From assembly GCA_963766795.1 (NCBI GenBank), contig CAVYBN010000008.1, positions 32,696 to 96,695 on the forward strand: 64,000 bases of DNA, given 5' to 3'. The position numbers and the translations under genes are program-made. This DNA is from Candidatus Parcubacteria bacterium. Its GTDB lineage: Bacteria; Patescibacteriota; Minisyncoccia; Phycocordibacterales; PALSA-1337. Under the pieces are notes generated by a model, which saw only the letters and a list, made by a program, of their open reading frames with translations, was not told the origin of the DNA and made no database searches. Shown one piece after another: positions 18,560 through 27,045 of this stretch; position 1 is the stretch's first letter; every line of letters starts with the position of its first letter.

Positions 18560-18682
18560 GATATTAAATGCAAAGTGCAAAGTGCAAAGTGCAAAGTTTC
18601 AATTCAAAACTTGAAATTAGATTCGTGCTGGAACATTTGACTTTTGCGTTGAAGTTTTGCATTTTGAGTTATGAGTTTTGAC
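18560..18682. repeat. Heptad-word hairpin spacer, family C
   Basis: The left arm, aaatgca then (aagtgca)x3, opposes ttttgcgttgaagttttgcattttgag. Confidence 0.8.
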
Positions 18683-19033
18683 TTACTTCTTCGTAGAAGC
18701 AGTTTCAGCTGCAGCCTTCGCGGCTTGGGCCGAAGCGACCTCGGCTTCCTTGGCCTTGAGCTCGATCTCCTTCTGCATCTTGCCGCCGTGGCGCACGAAT
18801 TTGCGCGTGGGCGAGAATTCACCGAGGCGGTGTCCTACCATGTCCTCGGTGACCAGCACGTCTATATGCATCTTGCCGTTGTGGACCCCGAAGGTGAAGC
18901 CTACCATCTCCGGAGAGATCTGCGAGCGGCGCGCCCACGTCTTGATAGACGCGGTGGTGGCAGGCTTTTTGCCGGCGATCTTTTTGAGGAGGTTCGCTTC
19001 GACGTACGGGCCCTTTTTGAGCGATCGTGCCAT
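18683..19033 (-). CDS. rpsS: 30S ribosomal protein S19 with Ala/Lys-rich C-terminal extension
   Basis: [11 protein letters not shown]...GHRLGEF. Confidence 0.95.
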   Translation of the reverse strand: MARSLKKGPYVEANLLKKIAGKKPATTASIKTWARRSQISPEMVGFTFGVHNGKMHIDVLVTEDMVGHRLGEFSPTRKFVRHGGKMQKEIELKAKEAEVASAQAAKAAAETASTKK

Positions 19034-19131
19034 GTTGTTTGGTCTCGTAAGAAAGAAAATCAGCTCCGGGGAGCTTCAAAGCATAGTAGCAGAGCCGTAT
19101 TTTTAAGTCAATGGGCTGTTCGGAACCGGCT

Positions 19132-20520
19132 CTACCTCGTGAACTGAAAAGTTGCGAGGATCGATTTGAGCTTGGACTGCATCATCGCCGAGAAATCAGG
19201 ACTAATCCCCTTTTCCGATGCGCCACGGCCAGAAGCAATCTTCAGATCGACCGTATAGCATGCTCCCGTATGATATGTCCGGTATGAGTCTGTAGACAGG
19301 TAATGCCCCAAGCCCGCATCGCCGAGTTCGACCTCATTGAAAATGATGCCGTTTATCGTCACGGGGGTCGGGATAGGTGAGGAGCTCTCCTTCGGTTCCG
19401 GCTGGGCACAATTTTGTATGCTCATGGTCGTGCTCGCTGTGACATCAATAGCAGCCGCCTCGAATCCATCGTCTTTCAGATTTCCTATATAGCAAAAACC
19501 TATCTCTCCTGCCGGATAAGCAAAGCTGGAAAGGGGGCATGCTCCCATATATGAGCCTGCAGATGTCTGTTGCTGGGAATTCAAGCTGCTTGCAAGAGCG
19601 AAATCTGACGGATAAGAAAGCGTGTAAGGAAATGTGGGATCGCTGTAAGAATGTGTGACCATAGCTGAAGGCGCTCCTCCCCCAGGTTGAGCCCAAGTGC
19701 CTGATTCCAAACCGGAGTAAGCTGCCAATTCTGCTTGAATCGTCTGCGTCTGCTTCAACTGGCTGACTGGCGTTGCAACAGAGGGATCAGTGGCAACGAT
19801 CGTTTTTGCCAGAGCTTGAGAATCACCGCTACCCGTGGCAATTGTCGCATCAACAGAAACTATGAGGAAATCCTTGGCACTCAATGGAATGATGGTATTG
19901 GCACCGAACCGCATCGAACCAGCAAGCATATGAAGGCCGCCCATAGTATTGTTAGACACATTCGCCGCTACAGAAACGCCAGCTGGAGTAATCCCTGAAT
20001 CGGTGCCATTTGGATACATGACCATCCATGTATGCAGGCTTGGGTTGAAATAATAATTTGTCGTATTACAAACGGGACATGCTCCGACTCCAGTGCTGTC
20101 GGTGATCGAGTCCGTTGGAGAGACGAATTCCTCTATCGTTATATTTTCATGGCCGTCAGTGACATTCAGCTGTTTCAATACCGTACCGCCTGGATATTTA
20201 TTTTGGTTCATGACTGGCGCTTCCGTCACCTGCAGCCAGTTCGGATACCAGAACGAGAATCCGAATTCCTGATCGGTATATTGTGACATACCGGCCACGG
20301 CAATCTGGCCGCTATTATTTACGCTTGAAGGAGCGGCTGATTGAGTCTGGACCGCAGGCTGTTGACCCTGTCCCGATGGTTGTGCGTCATTATTGATAAC
20401 TTCCGTAACACCTATCTTTTGATTCTCGTACATGTAGACACCACCCGCTATCACGAGAATAAGCACAACGATGATGATCGCGAGGATCGTAGTAACCGAG
20501 CCTTTTTGAGAGTTTTTCAT
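19132..20520 (-). CDS. Membrane-anchored extracellular protein; function unknown
   Basis: N-terminal TM helix (TTILAIIIVVLILVIAGGVYMY) followed by a Ser/Thr/Gln-rich ectodomain with Cys pairs. Confidence 0.55.
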   Translation of the reverse strand: MKNSQKGSVTTILAIIIVVLILVIAGGVYMYENQKIGVTEVINNDAQPSGQGQQPAVQTQSAAPSSVNNSGQIAVAGMSQYTDQEFGFSFWYPNWLQVTEAPVMNQNKYPGGTVLKQLNVTDGHENITIEEFVSPTDSITDSTGVGACPVCNTTNYYFNPSLHTWMVMYPNGTDSGITPAGVSVAANVSNNTMGGLHMLAGSMRFGANTIIPLSAKDFLIVSVDATIATGSGDSQALAKTIVATDPSVATPVSQLKQTQTIQAELAAYSGLESGTWAQPGGGAPSAMVTHSYSDPTFPYTLSYPSDFALASSLNSQQQTSAGSYMGACPLSSFAYPAGEIGFCYIGNLKDDGFEAAAIDVTASTTMSIQNCAQPEPKESSSPIPTPVTINGIIFNEVELGDAGLGHYLSTDSYRTYHTGACYTVDLKIASGRGASEKGISPDFSAMMQSKLKSILATFQFTR

Positions 20521-20553
20521 ATGCCGTAAGTATACCAGAAAATCTGCGCGGAT

Positions 20554-21429
20554 TTACCGCGGCTTATCCACCCGGCCTTGATCGTCTTTCTCGATCATGT
20601 CTTTTGCGTATTTTATGAGATAGCCGTACAAAGGCTCGCCTTCTTTGACGAAGGTATCGAGGAGCGCGAACCTAAGATCGAGATATTCATGGACGAGAAG
20701 ATTCCTCATGTCGGAAAAACGGGCGATCTTGGAAGCGACGCTCTCGTCGAATCCGTCCAAAAACGCCAGCTCTTTCAGTATCGCTTTGTAGGTCTGTGGT
20801 ATAGGCCTTTTTCTTGAAGCAATCAATATCTTCCCGATATCGATCGAGGCGTTGGCGAGAGTCTCGGCCCAACGCTCGAGGTTGCGCTTGACGGAGATAT
20901 CCCTCTCGTATTCTTTTTGAGACATTCCTGCAAACTTTTTGAAATCCGGCATCTGATCTTGGACAAAATCGATCAACCTCTCGAGCCTGACTCTGTCGTT
21001 CGCCGACAATGATCTTGAGCGTTCTTTTATCTTCACGAAGTCAGAGATAAAATACCTGAAATCATCCGCCAGATCATTCACGGCAGCCGATAATCTGGAA
21101 AGAAGCCCTTCGTCGGCTGAAAAGACCTTATTCCCCTCCTCGATGACGGCGGAGAACAGCGTTGATGGAGCGCGATTCAAGACGACCATGTCCGTCTGTC
21201 GTCCAGTCAGACGCTCCAAGTCGCTCCCGATATCGTCCTCGCCGGGATAACGATTCTCTGATTCGTATTCCAGTGCCTTGGTTCCGGGCCTGAAATATAC
21301 CCCGATATCGACATCGGATTCGCCGTGAGAAGTGCCTTTGGCGACTGAACCAAACAGATACGCGAAAGCTACATCCGTCCGTCCGCGGAAATATTCTCGC
21401 AATTTGGCGATCAGAGCATCTTTGTCCAT
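20554..21429 (-). CDS. Fused minimal nucleotidyltransferase (MNT) and HEPN/DUF86 protein
   Basis: The N-terminus has LFGSVAKG...SDVDIGV (pol-beta NTase GS...DxD). The C-terminus has RNLLVHEY (the R-x4-H HEPN motif). Confidence 0.65.
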   Translation of the reverse strand: MDKDALIAKLREYFRGRTDVAFAYLFGSVAKGTSHGESDVDIGVYFRPGTKALEYESENRYPGEDDIGSDLERLTGRQTDMVVLNRAPSTLFSAVIEEGNKVFSADEGLLSRLSAAVNDLADDFRYFISDFVKIKERSRSLSANDRVRLERLIDFVQDQMPDFKKFAGMSQKEYERDISVKRNLERWAETLANASIDIGKILIASRKRPIPQTYKAILKELAFLDGFDESVASKIARFSDMRNLLVHEYLDLRFALLDTFVKEGEPLYGYLIKYAKDMIEKDDQGRVDKPR

Positions 21430-21578
21430 AAGGGAATATTAGCACATTTTGAATGCTATAATTAACTGGCAATGATACTTATGGACTACCAAACATCATT
21501 TCAAGCGTTTCCTCCTGGCTCTCCCAGATTCTTCGACCAAAGCTGGACAGCCGCGGACACGGTCTGATCGTCATCGCC

Positions 21579-22312
21579 GTGATATTGACGACCATCATCG
21601 TCCTCCTTCTGATCCACAGCCGGAACGAGCAGCGGCGCTACGAATTCATCACCATCATGGCCCATAAGTTCCGCACTCCCCTCACGCACATCAAATGGTC
21701 TACGGAGAACATCCTCGAAGGCAATCTCGACGCTTACCAGAAGCAGAGCTTCGCCGACATCCGGAACGCCAATGAGAAGCTGATCAAGCTAACCGGCACA
21801 TTGATCGAGCTCACTGATTCCGAGAGCGGCGCCAAGGCGGCGTACAAGTTCGAGCGCGTCAATGCCTGCGAGGTCATGCGCGAAGCCGCGACCGAGGCCA
21901 AGAGGGACTTCCGCGAGAAGAACCTCTTCATAACGGCCGAATGCGCCGATCCGGCGCTATTCGTGCGCGCCGACCGCGCGCGCTTGAGGTTCGTGATAGA
22001 CACTGCTCTGGAGAATGCCTGCCTGTATTCCCCGGCGGGGCGGAACGTGATCTCAAGCTGGAACGCCGCGGCCGGAAGTGCGCCATCTCCGTGACAGATC
22101 ACGGCATCGGCATCGATCCGCGCGACCAATCGAGAGTCTTCGAGAAATTCTTCCGGGCCAAGAACGCCCGCGCCATGAATGTCGAAGGTCTCGGCATCGG
22201 CCTGTATCTGGCGCGTTCGGTGGTCAAGCGCCACGGCGGCAAGATCAAAGCCTTCTCGGAAGGCACAGGCAAAGGTACGACTGTGAGCGTGATATTGCCG
22301 AGAGTGAAATAA
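21579..22312 (+). CDS. Sensor histidine kinase (short form), with a frame break near 22046 and an uncertain start
   Basis: HisKA H-box MAHKFRTPL is in ORF 21579-22094. The HATPase part (SVTDHGIGI, GLGIGLYLA) is in ORF 21941-22312, in another frame. Confidence 0.7.
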
Positions 22313-22313
22313 G

Positions 22314-22616
22314 TCAGCCTTTCTTATTATTGCGCTTATAGAAATTCTTCGATTCTCGCGTCAAAGCCAGGATACCGATGACGCCGATGTACGAGGCGCT
22401 GACCTCGGCCGGCATGTGATAAGGAGTGGCGTAGAACACGGTTCCGACGATCAAAGCTATGATAAGAATGGTCCAAAGGATGGCATAGACTTCGCCGGGA
22501 TGGAGGAAGCTGTGCATGTGATGCCAACGGCGGAATTCTTTCTCGGCGCTGTAAATGGCTAGGAAGGCCGTGTAGATCGCGGCGATGGCCAGCAGGATCT
22601 CATTCTGGAAAGACAT
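22314..22616 (-). CDS. Small membrane protein; may continue upstream to 22722 through an overlapping 40-aa ORF
   Basis: Three predicted hydrophobic helices. An upstream ORF (22600-22722, MKGLKKIGSFKTW...) overlaps it by 17 nt in another frame. Confidence 0.4.
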   Translation of the reverse strand: MSFQNEILLAIAAIYTAFLAIYSAEKEFRRWHHMHSFLHPGEVYAILWTILIIALIVGTVFYATPYHMPAEVSASYIGVIGILALTRESKNFYKRNNKKG

Positions 22617-22772
22617 TGTCGTTGAAAAAGTCGTAAATGATCGCGATGAAGAAAAGGACCGTCCAAAAATTCACGACATGCCGCCAGGTCTTGAATGAGC
22701 CAATTTTCTTGAGGCCTTTCATCACTCTATATTCTAGCATCCTTTGCTACAAGACTTCTAATCAACCCTTAA

Positions 22773-23810
22773 TCAACTCATCGATGCAATCCTCAACTTG
22801 TGACCATTACCGTGGCTTATCAGACCGAGGTACGACTGTATAACTTCGGACTTGCCTTCGCTGTCCTTTAATCTTCTGAACATCCTACGCTTTGTGGCTG
22901 TCCTCAATACTCGATGGTCGGGAAAATTGACCCAACCGAGATAGTCGACGCCAGAAGCTATGGTACTGATCGATATTTTATTGGGGTGAAGTTGGAGCTT
23001 TAATCTGTCAGATAAGAATACTCGGATAAGAGGCAGAACCGAACACAACCATTCTCTATCAGATGACAAGATGACAAAATCGTCGGCATATCTTATATAG
23101 TATCTGGCTTTCAGTGAATGCTTCACGAATTGCTCGAATTCGTTCATGTAGATGTTCACGAATAATTGCGAGGTCAGATTGCCTAGGGGCAAGCCGACCC
23201 CTTTTCCCGTCGAAGAAAAGCTGTGAATGATTTCGGAGATCAATACGAGAATATCTTTGTCCGGAATGTATTCAGCCAAGATTGCAAGCAGCGTCGCCTG
23301 ATCAATCGAAGCGAAGAATTTACGTATGTCGCATTTGAGCACCCAAGCCGTTTTGGTGTGATTTAGGGTCACTTTATATGCAAATGAGCGGAATCGATTT
23401 ACAGCCTTATGCGTTCCTTTTTCAAGCCTGCACGACGAGGAATCCGACACGAATGTCCTGTCGAAGAATGGATACAGCATTCTATAGACGGCATGGTGAA
23501 TTAATCGATCTCGTACGGCGGCTTTATGGATATCCCTTTCCTTTGGATCGTGGATCCTGAAGAATTCATATGGCGAATGCTTGTAACTTTTAGTCGCCAG
23601 ATCGTCGTGAAGATAAATGATGTTAGCCATGAGGTCGCGTTCGAATTCTTGGACATCCTTGCGAGAGCGTTTTCCTCTTACGAATTCTTTCCATGCGGCA
23701 AGCAGATTTTCAAGCGAGATGATATCATGATACGCATGTTTGAATCGGATCCGTCGCAGACAATGAAGACCCCCCCCCCACGCAATTTTGCCGGTTTTGA
23801 CCAAGGTCAA
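22773..23810 (-). CDS. Diversity-generating retroelement reverse transcriptase
   Basis: LPLGNLTSQLFVNIYMNEF (the DGR-type GxxxSQ motif) and YIRYADDFVIL (YxDD). A TR/VR pair lies adjacent. Confidence 0.85.
   Translation of the reverse strand: MTLVKTGKIAWGGGLHCLRRIRFKHAYHDIISLENLLAAWKEFVRGKRSRKDVQEFERDLMANIIYLHDDLATKSYKHSPYEFFRIHDPKERDIHKAAVRDRLIHHAVYRMLYPFFDRTFVSDSSSCRLEKGTHKAVNRFRSFAYKVTLNHTKTAWVLKCDIRKFFASIDQATLLAILAEYIPDKDILVLISEIIHSFSSTGKGVGLPLGNLTSQLFVNIYMNEFEQFVKHSLKARYYIRYADDFVILSSDREWLCSVLPLIRVFLSDRLKLQLHPNKISISTIASGVDYLGWVNFPDHRVLRTATKRRMFRRLKDSEGKSEVIQSYLGLISHGNGHKLRIASMS
23770..23779. repeat. C10/G10 homopolymer in the overlapping 5' ends of the RT and avd-like genes
   Basis: Ten consecutive C on the + strand. 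They encode WGGG in the RT frame and separate ATG 23763 from the avd-like frame by 1 nt. Confidence 0.9.
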
Positions 23811-24150
23811 AGACGCTTATCTGTTGTGGCATGGATTTTATAGAGAATTACCAAAATTTCACAGGAATTCTTTCGGGTTTCGCGTTGACTCATTGTTCGT
23901 TGAGATCATCGAGGCGATCGCGGCCGCCGGTTTCCTGTCGCCGCAGGAGAAGCATCCGTATGTACGCGTCGCCATACGCAAGCTCGACGCTCTCAAGGTA
24001 TTACTGATGATCCTCTGGGAAGCCAAGTCGCTCGACGACAAGAAGTATATCGCATTGTCAGTGAAGCTCGATGAGATCGGCAGAGATCTTGGCGGCTGGA
24101 ACGGAAAGCTAACAAAACAAAACTCCCCCGCCAAAGCAGGAGAGAAATGA
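23788..24150 (+). CDS. avd: Avd-like four-helix-bundle protein (DGR accessory variability determinant family)
   Basis: Helical heptad pattern with PKFHRNSFGFRV and C-terminal KLDEIGRDLGGWNGKL. It lies on the strand opposite to the RT, TR and target. It has only a TTG start as sequenced. Confidence 0.6.
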   Translation: MPVLTKVKDAYLLWHGFYRELPKFHRNSFGFRVDSLFVEIIEAIAAAGFLSPQEKHPYVRVAIRKLDALKVLLMILWEAKSLDDKKYIALSVKLDEIGRDLGGWNGKLTKQNSPAKAGEK

Positions 24151-24156
24151 AGTGAG

Positions 24157-24253
24157 TTGCGAGGCCGGCGAACCACCAGTTGTCGTTCCAGTCGTTGTCG
24201 TTCCGGTTGACGTTCACGTTGCGCTCGTCATCGTTCCAACGGTTGAAGGCGGC
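24157..24253 (-). repeat. DGR template repeat (TR)
   Basis: The 97 bp are 81/97 identical to 24608-24704. All 16 differences fall at TR adenines on the - strand. The TR reads as an AAC-rich frame (NRWNDDERNVNVNRNDNDWNDNWWFAGLA). Confidence 0.85.
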
Positions 24254-24525
24254 CGATATGTGCAAAGTGCCATCCATGCCACCACCCCTCGAATCCTCAG
24301 TTGGCGGATCTCGGGGTTGAATCGTATTCGGCATCGTAATGCCCTAGCACTCTGCACCAAGTAGCTTCATTTTTTGAAGTGTCTGCATGCGCCCTCTGTC
24401 TGAAGCCGTGACCGCTGATCGCTCTCAGCGCATGGATACTGGATTCGGCCGCAGGAAGCCCGAAGATTTAATGGCCGCCCGCATGATTCGCCTACTACCG
24501 AGATCATTGTAGCATGACGAAAATG

Positions 24526-24551
24526 CTCCGCGCTTTTGTAAAAGCGCGGAG
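24526..24551 (-). terminator. Rho-independent terminator after the DGR target gene
   Basis: ctccgcgctttt-gt-aaaagcgcggag forms a perfect 12-bp stem, followed on the - strand by cattttcg. Confidence 0.6.
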
Positions 24552-24602
24552 CAAGGGCAAAGGCCAAAGTGCACAGAGTGCAAAGTGACCAAGGCTTGAG
24601 AG

Positions 24603-25244
24603 CTAACTTGCGAGGCCGGCGAACCACCAGAAGTCGAGCCAGTCGTGGTCGTCCCGGCGGACGCCCACGACGCGCCCGTCACCGCTCCAACGGATGAAGG
24701 CGGCATAGCACCACTTGCCACTGGAATCCTTCCAGTGAGTGGCGTTGGGACGCTCGTCGGCAAACTCCGGATCATCTTCATTTACCTTGGCGAGAGAATA
24801 CGGATCGGCGGGTTTGAGACCGCGCAATAAGTATTGCTTTTCCAAGTCATCGTCGCTGATCCAGCCATTCTCGTTGTACGCATACGCATCAGGCTTGAAG
24901 AAGACCACCTTGGCTTCCCCGCCGGTGCCCTTCGGCATGGCGGCAACGACATCTTTGTCGGTGTATTGCTTCCGGCCGGTAGCGGTCAGAGCCTGCTCTG
25001 GAGTCAGGCTACGATTAACACTAACGAGTCTGACGATCATGTTGACGAAGCGCTCGACATATCCGCGAAAGACCGCGAACATGTCTGGAACTAATTCCTT
25101 GGAACCGAGCGCTTGTTGAACAGCATCTTTGTTGAATTCCGGACAGTGTTTTTCGAGAAGCGCCCGGAAATTACCGACAGCCTTGTTGATTTGATCGGCG
25201 GTAACGGTTTCTGATTCTGCTGATGGGGTCATGGTTTTATTCAT
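24603..25244 (-). CDS. DGR target protein with a C-terminal variable region (putative C-type-lectin-like fold)
   Basis: The C-terminal residues ...AAFIRWSGDGRVVGVRRDDHDWLDFWWFAGLAS are encoded by the VR. Confidence 0.75.
   Translation of the reverse strand: MNKTMTPSAESETVTADQINKAVGNFRALLEKHCPEFNKDAVQQALGSKELVPDMFAVFRGYVERFVNMIVRLVSVNRSLTPEQALTATGRKQYTDKDVVAAMPKGTGGEAKVVFFKPDAYAYNENGWISDDDLEKQYLLRGLKPADPYSLAKVNEDDPEFADERPNATHWKDSSGKWCYAAFIRWSGDGRVVGVRRDDHDWLDFWWFAGLAS
24608..24704 (-). repeat. DGR variable repeat (VR)
   Basis: Counterpart of the TR. Its 3' 23 nt (ctggtggttcgccggcctcgcaa) are identical to the TR, resembling an IMH. Confidence 0.85.
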
Positions 25245-25319
25245 GGCGTCATCCTTTCATATATACGTTGTTTATTTACGCTGGACTCTTCGCCACAGCA
25301 TTCAAAGAACTACTTTACA

Positions 25320-25348
25320 AGTATACACCTATTATTCCACAGTGTCAA
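25320..25348 (-). promoter_or_regulatory. Sigma70-like promoter (TTGACA, 17-nt spacer, TATACT) for the DGR target gene
   Basis: Read on the - strand: ttgacactgtggaataataggtgtatact. An AAAGGA Shine-Dalgarno-like element lies 8 nt before the ATG. Confidence 0.5.
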
Positions 25349-25375
25349 TAGCACAGAATATGGCCTGTAATAAGG

Positions 25376-26614
25376 CTATTCATATCTCAACGCCTCTATC
25401 GGGCTCTTCTTGGAAGCCTGACGGGCCGGATAGCCGCCGAAGATGAGGCCGATCGCGGCCGAGACGAAGAAGCCGAGGGCCGCGCCGCTCCACGGGAAGA
25501 CGAAGGTCCAATTCACGCCGAGACCTTGCGACAGCACCAATGCGATGATGAACGCCAATCCTGCTCCGAGGACGATGCCGACCACGCCGCCGATGACCGT
25601 CAGGAGGACGGCTTCGAGCAGGAATTGCGAGAGGATGTCGCGCTCGCGCGCGCCCAGAGCCTTGCGCAGACCGATCTCGCGGGTGCGCTCGGTCACCGAG
25701 ACCAGCATGATGTTCATGATGCCGACGCCGCCGACGAAGAGCGCGATCGAGGCCACGGCCACAAGGAAATAGGTGAGCGCGCTGGTGATAGTCGAGAGGC
25801 GGTTGGCCAGGTCCTGCTGAGTCTGGACAGTGAAATCGTCCTTGGTCGGATCAGTGATGTTGTGCGATTCCTCGAGGGTGAGCCGGATATCAGCGGCCGC
25901 CACCGGCACGACTGCGTCGGAGGTAGCCTGGATGATCAGGCGGTTAAAATATTTCTGGCCGGTGACATAGGTCATCACCGTCGTATAAGGCATGATGACC
26001 ATGCCGTCGAAATTGAAGAGCGATCCGCCGCCGGACTTCGCCAAGACGGCGACCACACGGAAGTTGCGGCCTTTGATCTTGATCTGCTGATTCAGAGGAT
26101 CCTGTGTATCGAAAAGATGAGTGGCGACGTCAGCGCCGATGACTGCGATATTGGCGAATGATGAGACATCGCTCGAATCGAAGAATACGCCTTCAGTCGG
26201 CTGGAGATCGAAGATACTGGCCATGAGGTCGGTGCCTCCGAAGATCGAGACTTGGTAATCATTAGAGCCGTACGAGGCGCTCGAGGCGCCGATGACCGTC
26301 GGCATGATCGACTGGAGATCCGGCACATTGGCCTTATTCTGGAGAGCTGTGAGGTCTTTCGGCTTCAATGAATCGCTGTAAAGAGCGCTCACGTCCGTCG
26401 GACCGGTCGGCTCCCTGCCGGGAATGATCGCGATGGTATTCGTGCCGAGCCCTTGGACTTCGCCCAGGATGAGATTCTGTGCACCGGCTCCCAGGGATAC
26501 CACCAGCATGATGGCGGTGATGCCTATCACGATGCCCAGAATGGTCAGGAACGACCGCGAGCGGTTGGTGGTCAGGCCGGTCAGAGAGGTTTTGAGAAGG
26601 TGGCGGTAGGTCAT
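25376..26614 (-). CDS. MacB-like ABC transporter permease (FtsX domain)
   Basis: 412 aa with an N-terminal TM helix, a periplasmic domain, and a C-terminal FtsX-type 3-TM bundle (REIGLRKALGA). Confidence 0.85.
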   Translation of the reverse strand: MTYRHLLKTSLTGLTTNRSRSFLTILGIVIGITAIMLVVSLGAGAQNLILGEVQGLGTNTIAIIPGREPTGPTDVSALYSDSLKPKDLTALQNKANVPDLQSIMPTVIGASSASYGSNDYQVSIFGGTDLMASIFDLQPTEGVFFDSSDVSSFANIAVIGADVATHLFDTQDPLNQQIKIKGRNFRVVAVLAKSGGGSLFNFDGMVIMPYTTVMTYVTGQKYFNRLIIQATSDAVVPVAAADIRLTLEESHNITDPTKDDFTVQTQQDLANRLSTITSALTYFLVAVASIALFVGGVGIMNIMLVSVTERTREIGLRKALGARERDILSQFLLEAVLLTVIGGVVGIVLGAGLAFIIALVLSQGLGVNWTFVFPWSGAALGFFVSAAIGLIFGGYPARQASKKSPIEALRYE

Positions 26615-26620
26615 GGGGTA

Positions 26621-27045
26621 AGTTCAAAAGTTAAAACTCAAAATGCAAAACTTATCATTTGGACTTCAATGTGATAATGCTCTTGCCAAGCATTCTGGAA
26701 ATCTCATCCGTCTCGGCAATAAGCAGATTAATCTTATCAGACGGACCAAGTTTGCTCATTTTAAGCAAGCTTAACCAATACATGGATTCATGCGCGCTTT
26801 TGAGAGCAATCTCATAATATCTTTTGAACTCCAATCTGGAACTGCTAGATTTTGCTTCAGTTATGTTTGCCCCGATTGACATCGATGAGCGAAGCAACTG
26901 ATCAGTAATGATCCAAACTGCTCTTTTATTCGGCAAGTTTCTGCACAGATCGATTACGTTCAAACTCAATACAAAAGCCCTTGCTTTGACGTCTGTTTTG
27001 AGTTTTTCATTTAAGTTTTGCATTTTGAGTTTTGACTTTTGAATT
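26621..27045. repeat. Hairpin-bracketed cassette: 34-bp inverted arms (32/34 match) enclosing one ORF
   Basis: Arm 26621-26654 is agttcaaaagttaaaactcaaaatgcaaaactta. The reverse complement of arm 27012-27045 is aattcaaaagtcaaaactcaaaatgcaaaactta. Confidence 0.85.
26655..27023 (-). CDS. Four-helix-bundle protein of the 23S rRNA intervening-sequence (IVS)/Avd superfamily
   Basis: NLPNKRAVWIITDQLLRSSMSIGANITEAKSSSSRLEFKRYYEIALKSAHES matches the IVS-protein pattern. The ATG lies inside the right arm. Confidence 0.7.
   Translation of the reverse strand: MQNLNEKLKTDVKARAFVLSLNVIDLCRNLPNKRAVWIITDQLLRSSMSIGANITEAKSSSSRLEFKRYYEIALKSAHESMYWLSLLKMSKLGPSDKINLLIAETDEISRMLGKSIITLKSK

Noticed and set aside
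24254-24340. Possible extension of the TR/VR homology beyond 97 bp.
   Set aside because: Upstream of GAAGGCGGC the two sequences diverge without an adenine-specific pattern, so the repeat boundaries were set at 24253 and 24704.
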